Assembly: GCA_029262065.1 (NCBI GenBank)
Contig: JAJDAC010000023.1
Span: 3,828-67,827 of the forward strand
From: Candidatus Krumholzibacteriota bacterium
GTDB lineage: Bacteria > Krumholzibacteriota > Krumholzibacteriia > JAJRXK01
Direction of reading: 5' to 3'
Length of the DNA stretch: 64,000 bases
Position numbers and translations under genes: made by a program. Positions 10,845 to 19,515 of this stretch are shown here, one piece after another. The notes under the pieces are model-generated. The model worked only from the letters and a program-made list of their open reading frames with translations, was not told the DNA's origin and did no database searches. Within the stretch, counting starts at the first letter, position 1, and each line of letters opens with the position of its first letter.

Positions 10845-10961
10845 TTCGGCCGGGGTTCAGCCCGTCACCGCCGCATATCTCTACGGGAAATTGGTCTTCC
10901 AGGTACCAGTTGGGTACAATAGACGGGCCTTCCGGAAATGCCCCCAACGTCGGAGATAAGC

Positions 10962-11579
10962 ATGACCCAATTGGCTCTCTCTTTCTCCCTTCTGGTTTTT
11001 CTGGTATTCGCCGCGGTTGCCCCGGTGGTCTGGTCCCAATGCCCCGAGCCGCCTGCCGTTTCCGAACTCGCCCCGGGTGAATACGGCCTGTTCTTCGATG
11101 CCGCCGGTACGCAACGGTGTTACGCAGGGCCGCTGTTCGTGCCCGCCGTCGACGTGTATCTCGTTGCGGGCGTGCCGCCCGCAGGAATTCGGTTCTTCAA
11201 CGTCTGGGAGTTGATCGTGGACGGACTGGCGGTTCTGAGCCCCCACGGTTCCGTGATCGATACCGACTACACTCACCAGTTCTGGTTGGACTCTTGTGGT
11301 GGGGCGCTTCCCGCACCGGGAGTGACCTGCCCGTCGGACGGCAAGTCCGTGGTAGCACTGGCCCGCTACACCATGCAGGCGTTCGGGTACGGGGACGTTT
11401 GTTTCGAGCGTCTCCAGTGTCCGACGCTCGCCGGCACGTTCCCGACGGAGCCATTCTACGAAACGTGCTCACTCCAGTTTGAGACATTGGCGCTGGTCGA
11501 GGACTCGTGCCTGACCATCCGCGACCCAGCGGTGGCCATAGAATCGACCAGTTGGTCGGCGGTGCGCGGCCGTTTCTAG
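10962..11579 (+). CDS. exported Cys-rich protein with C-terminal SWSAVRGRF motif (paralog 1)
   Basis: GGAG RBS and ATG at 10962; signal peptide; 8 Cys in mature part; aligns with 11679..12320 (GLFFD/GFFFD, VYLVA, CPSDGK). Confidence 0.85.
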   Translation: MTQLALSFSLLVFLVFAAVAPVVWSQCPEPPAVSELAPGEYGLFFDAAGTQRCYAGPLFVPAVDVYLVAGVPPAGIRFFNVWELIVDGLAVLSPHGSVIDTDYTHQFWLDSCGGALPAPGVTCPSDGKSVVALARYTMQAFGYGDVCFERLQCPTLAGTFPTEPFYETCSLQFETLALVEDSCLTIRDPAVAIESTSWSAVRGRF

Positions 11580-11678
11580 CCAGTCGGCTTGCCTGTCCTC
11601 GATCCGAAGGTGTACATTCGTTAGGACGAGTCCTGTCCTTCCATCGATTATTCTTGTCGTCTCGATGGAGGTCTTCAG

Positions 11679-12320
11679 ATGTACCTGCGTTTATTGGCTG
11701 TGGCCCTTGCCGGCTCGGCCGTCCTCACGCTTCATGCCGCATCCGCCCGGTCCCAGTGCCCGGGTCCGGAAGCGACCACGTCATTGTTGCCCGGCCAGGC
11801 GGGCTTCTTCTTCGACCCCCTTGGCCTACAAGCTTGCTCGGCGGGGCCGCTGATGCTCGACACCAACGTGTACCTGGTGGCCGCCGTGCCAAAGGGCGGT
11901 ATCGCCGCGTTCTACTCACCCAGCTTGCAGTTGAGCAATACCCTGTTCGACGCGGGGCCGCAGCCGTTCGACCTGGACTACGCCTCCGTTGGCATCGCCG
12001 ACTATTGCCAGGGTTGGATTCCGGCCGACGATGTTCCATGTCCGTCCGACGGCAAGGATGTGATCGTGCTGGGCCGGTACGTCATACGTCCCACCGCCCA
12101 CGGCACCATCTGCGCCGAGAGTCTGTATTGTGGCGGTATCGCCGGTCCCGTGAGTTGGACCGCGGGCGCGCCAACCTGCCAGGAATACGCCGATACAGGA
12201 TTCAGCGCCGTCGACACGACTCTTCAGATGTTCGACGTCCAGGACGACTGTCTGGCGTACCTGGATCCCACCGTCGCGACCACGAACGACAGCTGGTCGG
12301 CCGTTCGCGCCCGCTTCTAG
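11679..12320 (+). CDS. exported Cys-rich protein with C-terminal SWSAVRARF motif (paralog 2)
   Basis: GGAGG RBS; signal peptide; 8 Cys in equivalent positions to paralog 1. Confidence 0.85.
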   Translation: MYLRLLAVALAGSAVLTLHAASARSQCPGPEATTSLLPGQAGFFFDPLGLQACSAGPLMLDTNVYLVAAVPKGGIAAFYSPSLQLSNTLFDAGPQPFDLDYASVGIADYCQGWIPADDVPCPSDGKDVIVLGRYVIRPTAHGTICAESLYCGGIAGPVSWTAGAPTCQEYADTGFSAVDTTLQMFDVQDDCLAYLDPTVATTNDSWSAVRARF

Positions 12321-12362
12321 GGCTGGCCCCGGCGGCGTCGGGGGGCGGCTCCAACCGCTCCC

Positions 12363-12391
12363 TTGACGCTGGGCGGGCCCCTGCCTAACCT
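12363..12391 (+). promoter_or_regulatory. putative sigma-70 promoter of the M16 peptidase-alaS operon
   Basis: TTGACG-N17-TAACCT. Confidence 0.5.
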
Positions 12392-12431
12392 ATTACGATT
12401 CTGTAAGTTGGGACCCGTGCCCGTCGCGGGT

Positions 12432-12506
12432 CCGGCGCATCAAAGCGCCAACATTCCGGCGCCATCAGGGCGCCAACATCCCGGCGCCATCCGGCGCCAA
12501 CACATT
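12432..12506. repeat. three imperfect ~25-nt direct repeats (CCGGCGCCATCxxGGCGCCAACAT)
   Basis: Units start at 12432, 12456 and 12481 in the leader region. Confidence 0.75.
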
Positions 12507-12539
12507 GCCACCCAACGGCTTCAAGCCGGAGGACGACTC

Positions 12540-15377
12540 GTGCCGAAGATCCCCGTCAATTTCGCTCCCGCTCTGGTTGTGATTGCCATCTCGCTCCCGC
12601 AGTTCGGATGCAGTTCTGCCTCTACCCCCGTCAGGAGTTCCATGTCCGACCAGGAGACCACCCCGAGCCCATTGGCCGAAGGCGTTTCGCGGACTCAGCT
12701 CGACAATGGACTTACGGTCCTCGTGCGCGAAGATCACAGCACGCCGGTCGTGGCCATGGTCACCCATGTAAAGACCGGGTACTTCCACGAGACCGATGAC
12801 CAGGCGGGCATCAGCCACGTGATCGAACACATGTATTTCAACGGCACGCCGACGCGACCTGGCGCGGAAGACATCAGTCGCGAGACCAAGAACTACGGTG
12901 GCGTGCTGAATGCGGGCACCATCTACGACCACACGTCCTACTACGCGGTGCTACCCAGCGAACGCTGGTCCGATGGCCTGGCGGTTCAGGCCGACGCCTT
13001 CCAGAACCCTCTGTTCGATCAGGACGTCCTGGCCAAGGAGATGGAAGCAATTCTCCAGGAAGCGCGTCGCAAGGTCGATTCGCCCGGATCCTACGGGCGC
13101 GAGAAGATGTTCGAGCTGGCGTTCGAGAAGCACCGCATGCGTCGCTGGCGAATTGGTACTGAAGAAGTGCTCCGCACGATCGACCGGGACGATCTGGTTC
13201 GGTTCTACAAAGATCACTATCGCCCCAGCAACACCATTCTGTGCATCACTGGCGATGTCTCCACCGCCGAAGTCCTGGCTCGGGTACAAGACCTGTACGG
13301 GGCGCACGAGAAGGGTCAGTTGCGCCAACGAGGCGGCCCCGCCGAGCCCAAGCAGCGCGAGTTCCGCTACAAGCGGATGTCGGGCGATATCTACCGCAAT
13401 TACGTGTTCCTTGGGTTCCATACGCCCGGTGTCGAGCATGAAGACAACGCTGCCCTGGAAATGCTGGCTACGGTGCTGGGGTCGGGACGCAGCAGCCGGC
13501 TTGTCGCGCGCGTAAAGGAAGATCTGGTGGCCGCCTCCAGCGTGAGCGCCAATTGCTACCAGTTCGATGATATTGGCCTGTTCGAAATCGATGCCATTAC
13601 GCAGCCCGACCAGATGGACCTTGCGGTGCGCGAGATCCTGGTTGAGGTCGAGCGGGTGAAACACTTCGGTGTGTCCGCGCAGGAGCTGGCCCGGGCGCGC
13701 GAGATCGTGGAAACGGCCGAGGCATTCGGATTGGAAGAGGTCTTGGGCCAGGCGCGTACGCTCGTGCACTACGAGGCCTTGGGTGATTATCGCCTGGTGA
13801 GTGACGACCTCAATCGTTTCCGGGCCGTGACCACCGAAGACGTCCAGCGGGTAGCCCGTGAATACCTGACCCTCGACAATGCCACACTGTTGGAGTACGT
13901 GACCCCCGCGACGCCATCGAGTCGTGAACCTCAGCCCATGGGCGAGCACCTGAAGGGCGCCGTGTTGGCGGCAGTTTCCAACATGCATGGCCTCGATGCT
14001 CCGGAGTCCGCGCCAAGCGTCTTGCCCCGCGAAACCCTACGAGCCTGGTCGAAGCGCTTTGCGGTTTCACCCGAGGCTGCAGGCGACCACATTCGTTTCG
14101 ACCTGCCGCACGGTGGAACGCTGTTGGTTGCCCCCAACGCAACCGTGCCCACGGTATCGGTACACGCGTACTTTCGCGGTGGCCGCATTGGTGAGTCGGC
14201 CAACTCGAGTGGGCTGACGCGATTGATGCAACGTGTCATGGTGAAATCCACCACCAACCGTTCCTCCGACCAGTTGGCCAACGAGATCGAGTCGCTGGGT
14301 TCGGGCATCGGACGCGTGTCCAACGACGACTACTTTGGTTTCACCACCGCGAGCCTCACTCGCAACCTGCCGTACGTCTTCGACGTCATGTTCGACGTCA
14401 TTGCAAACCCGGCTTTCGATCCGGCAGAACTGGAAAAGGAACGAAAGACCACGATCGCGGCCATCCAGGGCGTCGAGGACAGTTCTGGTGCGTTGGCCGT
14501 GCAGTTCATGCGCGCCAATCTGTTCAACGAGCACCCCTACGGCATGCCTGAACTGGGTACTCCGAATGTGGTGGCCTACACACGCGCGCCGCGAATTGCC
14601 CAGCATCACAAAGAGGTAATCCACCCCGAGAACCTGGTGTTGGTCGTAAGCGGTGCGGTAGATCCGGCTACCGTGCACGAGTTCATGCTGGACTATCTCG
14701 CCGACTGGAATCCCGAGTCCGAAGAGGTAATTCCTCTGACGGCCGCGGAGTTCTATGACAAGTCGCGGGTCGAAACACCGCCGAGACTCTTGGCCAACCG
14801 CGAGCGTGACATTTCCAAGGACCGCGCGCAGACCGCCATGCTGCTTGCGTTTCCGACCGTGCCGCGTCATCACGAAGACGCCTACGCGTTCGAGGTTTTG
14901 CAGAGCGTCACCGGGGGACTGGGCGGAACATTCTTCGAGGAGATCCGAACCAAGCGGGGCCTGGCCTACCAGGTGAGCACCATGGACAACAGCATGGCCC
15001 TGGGCGGGTACTTCGCGACCTTCGTGGCGTGCAGTCCCGACAGTGCCGACACCGTGCTCGATCTGGTACTCAAGCTTACCAACGAGCTGGGTGACAATCC
15101 GCCGTCGCCCGAGTCGATTGATCAAGCGAAGAACTACCTGTCGGGTAGCTTCCGCATTGGATTGCAGACGAACCGAGCCCGGGGCGGGTACCTGGCGTCG
15201 ATGGAGGCGCTGGGGTTGGACCTGTCGGAAATGGACGAATACCCCGCGCGTATCGCTGACGTCACCCGTGAAGACCTGGCACGCATCGCGCGTGAGTACC
15301 TGGTGGAACATCCGTACGCGCTGGGTCGGGTCGATGGGCAAAAAGGCCGCGACGCGAACCCCACTGACCAACCCTAA
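12540..15377 (+). CDS. M16 family (pitrilysin/insulinase) zinc peptidase, fused two-half form, possible lipoprotein
   Basis: Inverted zinc motif HVIEH, NAGTIYDHTSY, second half without the metal motif (GLTRLMQRV), EEIRTKRGLAYQV; GGAGG-GTG at 12540 with lipobox-like QFGC; alternative ATG at 12642. Confidence 0.92.
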   Translation: MPKIPVNFAPALVVIAISLPQFGCSSASTPVRSSMSDQETTPSPLAEGVSRTQLDNGLTVLVREDHSTPVVAMVTHVKTGYFHETDDQAGISHVIEHMYFNGTPTRPGAEDISRETKNYGGVLNAGTIYDHTSYYAVLPSERWSDGLAVQADAFQNPLFDQDVLAKEMEAILQEARRKVDSPGSYGREKMFELAFEKHRMRRWRIGTEEVLRTIDRDDLVRFYKDHYRPSNTILCITGDVSTAEVLARVQDLYGAHEKGQLRQRGGPAEPKQREFRYKRMSGDIYRNYVFLGFHTPGVEHEDNAALEMLATVLGSGRSSRLVARVKEDLVAASSVSANCYQFDDIGLFEIDAITQPDQMDLAVREILVEVERVKHFGVSAQELARAREIVETAEAFGLEEVLGQARTLVHYEALGDYRLVSDDLNRFRAVTTEDVQRVAREYLTLDNATLLEYVTPATPSSREPQPMGEHLKGAVLAAVSNMHGLDAPESAPSVLPRETLRAWSKRFAVSPEAAGDHIRFDLPHGGTLLVAPNATVPTVSVHAYFRGGRIGESANSSGLTRLMQRVMVKSTTNRSSDQLANEIESLGSGIGRVSNDDYFGFTTASLTRNLPYVFDVMFDVIANPAFDPAELEKERKTTIAAIQGVEDSSGALAVQFMRANLFNEHPYGMPELGTPNVVAYTRAPRIAQHHKEVIHPENLVLVVSGAVDPATVHEFMLDYLADWNPESEEVIPLTAAEFYDKSRVETPPRLLANRERDISKDRAQTAMLLAFPTVPRHHEDAYAFEVLQSVTGGLGGTFFEEIRTKRGLAYQVSTMDNSMALGGYFATFVACSPDSADTVLDLVLKLTNELGDNPPSPESIDQAKNYLSGSFRIGLQTNRARGGYLASMEALGLDLSEMDEYPARIADVTREDLARIAREYLVEHPYALGRVDGQKGRDANPTDQP

Positions 15378-15395
15378 CGAGGATCGGGCGAGGCA

Positions 15396-18065
15396 ATGAG
15401 CAGCGCGGCCATGATGAGCGGCGAGATCCGGCAGCGGTTTCTCGACTACTTCGCGCAGCGGGGGCACGAAATCGTGCCCAGCAGTTCGCTGATTCCGCAC
15501 GACGATCCCACGTTGCTGTTCACGAACGCGGGCATGAACCAGTTCAAGTCGCTGCTCTTGGGACAAGAGCGGCGCAGCTACGTACGGGCCACTTCGTCCC
15601 AGAAATGCATGCGTGTCAGTGGCAAGCACAACGATCTGGAAGCCGTGGGTCGCGATGGCCGCCACCACACCTTTTTCGAGATGTTGGGAAATTGGTCGTT
15701 TGGCGACTACTACAAGCGCGAAGCAATCGAGTGGGCGTGGAATTTCCTGACGGTCGAAATGGGCTTGGACGTGTCGAAGCTCTACGTCAGCGTGTACAAG
15801 GACGACCAGGAAAGTTACGACATCTGGCACGACACCGTGGGCGTGGATGCGTCGCGTATCTATCGTCTGGGCGATCTCGAAAAGGGCGATGACGAAAACT
15901 TCTGGAGCATGGGAGATACCGGACCCTGCGGCCCCTGCACCGAGATCCATTTCGACCAGGGCGTCGAAGTAGCCAACGGCGATGATCGCCCGTTGGGTGC
16001 GAACGAAAGCGATCGCTACCTGGAGATCTGGAACCTGGTGTTCATCCAGTACGACCGCGATGCCAACGGAGTGCTGGCCGAGTTGCCATTGCAGAGCGTC
16101 GACACCGGACTGGGTCTGGAACGTCTGGCGGCGCTCAAGTCGGGCCAGAGCAGCAACTACGCGAGTGATCTGTTCACGCCGCTACTCGACTGGGTGTCCA
16201 AAGCCAGCGGTCGTTCGCTCGCCGACGACGAAGATCGGGTATCGATGCAGGTCATCGCCGACCACGCTCGCGCCATGGCGTTTGCGGTGGCCGACGGTGG
16301 GCGCCCTGGCAACGACGGGCGCGGCTACGTAATGCGTCGCATCCTGCGCCGCGCGGCGCGGCACGGACGACGGCTGGGCTTTCGGGAACCGTTTCTCTAC
16401 CAGGTTGCCGACCAGGTCATCGAGGTGCTCGGGGGTCACTACACGGAACTGGCCCGCGCCCGTGACCACGTGTTGCGAGTGATAAAGCTCGAGGAAGAAC
16501 GATTCAACGAAACCCTCGATCGTGGGCTGGCCCGGTTCGACGAATTCGCTGAGCTGGCGCGCGAACGGGGCGATGGAGTCATCGAGGGCGAGCAGGCGTT
16601 CCGGCTGCACGATACCTTCGGATTCCCTCTGGATCTTACGCAGGTGATCGCCGAAGAGCAGAGCTTGACCGTCGACGTGCAGGGTTTCGAGCGGGCCATG
16701 GAAGGTCAGCGATCCCGGGCGCGGGCGGCCAGCAAGTTCTCCACGGCCGGCAAAGGCGAAGATTGGCAATGGATCAGCGGTGGAGAACCGGGGGTGGATC
16801 GACCGGCTACCCGGTTCGTGGGTTACCGCGCCTTGAGTATTGCCACCCACATCATCGGTAAGAGAAAGCTCGAGAATGGTGAGTTCGAACTGGTTCTCAA
16901 TGCCACTCCGTTCTACGCGGAGGGCGGCGGCCAGGTGGGAGACGTCGGTGTGATCGTGGGTGGTTCGTTGCGGCTCACCGTGCTCGACACCCAGCCCAGT
17001 CATGCGGGTCCCGTGCACCGCGTACGCGTTGAATCTGGAGACTTGACCGCCAAACCGGACGCGGTAGTGGCGACCGTCGACCAAGAAGCTCGCAGCAGCA
17101 CCATGCGCAACCATACGGCGACCCATCTGCTCCACGCCGCCCTGCATCGCCACCTGGGCGGGCACGCGCAACAGGCGGGCTCGTTGGTCAGTCCCGAGAA
17201 GTTGAGATTCGACTTTCACCACGATGGTGCGGTAGGCCGCGAAGTGCTCGATGCCATCGAGCGTGAAATCAACATGGAGATCCTTTCGGACTATTCCGTG
17301 ACCAAGCATGTCGATGTTCCGATCGAGGCCGCGCGCGAGATGGGGGCGGTGTCGATGTTCGGCGAGAAGTACGGTGACAGCGTGCGTGTGGTACAGGTGC
17401 ACGATCTGTCCATGGAGTTCTGCGGCGGAACCCATTGTGATCACACCGGTCAGATCGGCAGCTTCCGAATCACCAACGAGAGCGCGGTTGGCGCTGGCGT
17501 GCGCCGGATCGAAGCCGTCACCGGGCTGGGTGCCATGCAGCAGACCGCCTTGGAGCGCGACGTCGTGCGTACGGTAGGCGAACGCCTGTCGGCTCGTTCG
17601 GACGAAATTGAAGCGCGCGTCCAGGGTCTTCAAAGCGAGATCAAGAAACTCCAATCGAAGCTCGATGACGCCCGGAAGATTTCAGCGGGTGGCGCGGTGG
17701 ACGACCTGCTTGGTTCGGCCACCGAGGTCGATGGCGTGAAGGTGGTTGCCTGTCAGGTCGACGTGGCCGACCGCGATGCCCTGGTCCAGATGGGTGACGC
17801 CCTGCGCTCGGGCCTGAAGAGCGGCGTGGCGGTGGTGGGGTCGGTGGTCGATGGCAAGGTCGCGTTCCTGGCCGTGGTGACCGATGACCTCATCAAGGGT
17901 CGCGGTCTGCGCGCCGGCGATATCGTGAAGAGGGTGGCCAAAGTGGCGGGCGGTAGCGGTGGGGGCAAGCCTCACCTGGCGCAGGCGGGGGGCAAGGATC
18001 CCGCCAAGATTCCCGCGGCTATCGCGGCGGTGGGCTCGGTGGTGCAGGAACTTCTGCACGCCTGA
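15396..18065 (+). CDS. alaS: alanine--tRNA ligase
   Basis: DPTLLFTNAGMNQFK, HHTFFEMLGNWSFGDY, GPCGPCTEI, NHTATHLLH, EFCGGTH, GGGKPHLAQAGG. Confidence 0.98.
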   Translation: MSSAAMMSGEIRQRFLDYFAQRGHEIVPSSSLIPHDDPTLLFTNAGMNQFKSLLLGQERRSYVRATSSQKCMRVSGKHNDLEAVGRDGRHHTFFEMLGNWSFGDYYKREAIEWAWNFLTVEMGLDVSKLYVSVYKDDQESYDIWHDTVGVDASRIYRLGDLEKGDDENFWSMGDTGPCGPCTEIHFDQGVEVANGDDRPLGANESDRYLEIWNLVFIQYDRDANGVLAELPLQSVDTGLGLERLAALKSGQSSNYASDLFTPLLDWVSKASGRSLADDEDRVSMQVIADHARAMAFAVADGGRPGNDGRGYVMRRILRRAARHGRRLGFREPFLYQVADQVIEVLGGHYTELARARDHVLRVIKLEEERFNETLDRGLARFDEFAELARERGDGVIEGEQAFRLHDTFGFPLDLTQVIAEEQSLTVDVQGFERAMEGQRSRARAASKFSTAGKGEDWQWISGGEPGVDRPATRFVGYRALSIATHIIGKRKLENGEFELVLNATPFYAEGGGQVGDVGVIVGGSLRLTVLDTQPSHAGPVHRVRVESGDLTAKPDAVVATVDQEARSSTMRNHTATHLLHAALHRHLGGHAQQAGSLVSPEKLRFDFHHDGAVGREVLDAIEREINMEILSDYSVTKHVDVPIEAAREMGAVSMFGEKYGDSVRVVQVHDLSMEFCGGTHCDHTGQIGSFRITNESAVGAGVRRIEAVTGLGAMQQTALERDVVRTVGERLSARSDEIEARVQGLQSEIKKLQSKLDDARKISAGGAVDDLLGSATEVDGVKVVACQVDVADRDALVQMGDALRSGLKSGVAVVGSVVDGKVAFLAVVTDDLIKGRGLRAGDIVKRVAKVAGGSGGGKPHLAQAGGKDPAKIPAAIAAVGSVVQELLHA

Positions 18066-18321
18066 CGCCTCGTTTCGCGACGCTGTTCAGAACTTCGAGT
18101 GGGTGGCACCGGCGGTCGGGCCGGTCGCATGCTTCCTCGACGCGCCTCATGCACCTTCGTGATTTCCGTGGAACCGCCAATCGTTGCGCGTGTTGGCCGA
18201 TGGCTTCGGTTCTTGCTTCGCTGACCCGGTGGATAACGCGCCGAACAAGGCGTATACTTGTCGAAGAAGAATTGAAAAGCCCCCACGCGACTCCTCGTCC
18301 CCCGAGGATGGAAGCTCCGCC

Positions 18322-19515
18322 ATGCCCGAACGCTTAACTTATGGTCTGTTGTGGGCCGCGTTGCTCGCGGTCATCATTTTCGGACTGCCTCGCGGCGGAC
18401 TGCGCAGTCGTCTGATCGACGACTCGCGCGTTACCCCCGAAGCCGCCTCACTCATAGGTCCGCTTCCCGCGTCGAGTTCGGTCGAAGCCTCGCTCGAGGA
18501 ATTCACGAGTCAGAACGATGCCCTGGTTCAACGCATCGACGAGCTCGAGGCGCAGTTGACGGCGGCCGAACAGCAGCGACACGCGCGCTTGCTGCACGAA
18601 TACCCCGTGCCCAGCGAGGTCATCTTCTGCGGAGAGCGTTTGCCTCTGGAGAAAACCGAGTCGTACGTGCGGTTCGAGGACGAGTGGAACCGTTTCATCG
18701 TAAACCGTCATTGGGTCGTGGCCTGGATGCGGCGCTCGCGCGACACGTTTCCGCCGGTCGAGGCCAAGTTGGCCGCGGCCGGCCTGCCCGACGACCTGAA
18801 GTACGTCATGGTCATCGAGAGTGCCATCAACGCCCGTGCTACGAGTTCGGCGGGTGCGGTGGGCTACTGGCAGTTCATGCGCTCAACCGGTAAGCAGTAC
18901 GGACTGGATCGAACCGCGTGGCGGGATGACCGTCGCGATCTGGATCTGTCGACCGACGCCGCGATTGCCTACCTGAAGTCGCTGTACGAAGAGTTCCAGT
19001 CGTGGCCATTGGCCATGTCCAGTTACAACGCCGGCGAGCGACGCGTGCGAGTGGAGATTGAAGGCCAGGGTACCAGTGACTTCTATTCGTTGGTCCTACC
19101 TACCGAGACCGAGGCTTACTGGTTTCGCGCGGCCGCCGTGAAAACCATTTTCGAACAGAGCGCGAGCCTTGATTTTCATCTGCCCGACGACGGGTGGACT
19201 CCCGCGAGCGTCGATACGGTGAGCATTACCGTGACCAAGGCGCAGCTGGAGCTGAAGGAAGTTGCCTTCGCCACTGGGCTCGACTACCGGGGTATCAAGC
19301 GGCTCAATCCCCAGTACCGCACTTCGACGCTACCCAAGGGTACGCACAAGCTGGTGCTTCCGACATCGGTCGTCCCGGGCCTGATGAACTCGCTGAAAGG
19401 TGTCCAGCTGGTGGGCCGCGGGCCGCGTTTGGACGCATCGCGTTCGCACCACGACCACGTCACCGACGTGGCGGCCACGGAGTCTACGGATTTGCCCAGC
19501 GTACCTCCGCGCTGA
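18322..19515 (+). CDS. lytic transglycosylase (SLT/MltD-like), membrane-anchored
   Basis: N-terminal TM, coiled coil, LPDDLKYVMVIES, AGAVGYWQFMRSTG, SYNAGE, ETEAY. Confidence 0.9.
   Translation: MPERLTYGLLWAALLAVIIFGLPRGGLRSRLIDDSRVTPEAASLIGPLPASSSVEASLEEFTSQNDALVQRIDELEAQLTAAEQQRHARLLHEYPVPSEVIFCGERLPLEKTESYVRFEDEWNRFIVNRHWVVAWMRRSRDTFPPVEAKLAAAGLPDDLKYVMVIESAINARATSSAGAVGYWQFMRSTGKQYGLDRTAWRDDRRDLDLSTDAAIAYLKSLYEEFQSWPLAMSSYNAGERRVRVEIEGQGTSDFYSLVLPTETEAYWFRAAAVKTIFEQSASLDFHLPDDGWTPASVDTVSITVTKAQLELKEVAFATGLDYRGIKRLNPQYRTSTLPKGTHKLVLPTSVVPGLMNSLKGVQLVGRGPRLDASRSHHDHVTDVAATESTDLPSVPPR

Noticed and set aside
12432..12506. Possible mini CRISPR array
   Set aside because: Repeats abut without unique spacers and there are no cas genes in the window.
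14067..17654. Long antisense ORFs (627 aa and 490 aa; also 60975..63137 and 51251..52771)
   Set aside because: Shadow frames opposite well-supported genes, expected in high-GC DNA; no protein motifs.
18201..18217. Sigma-54-like TGGC...TTGCT upstream of the transglycosylase
   Set aside because: Spacing is GG-N11-GC rather than the required N10.
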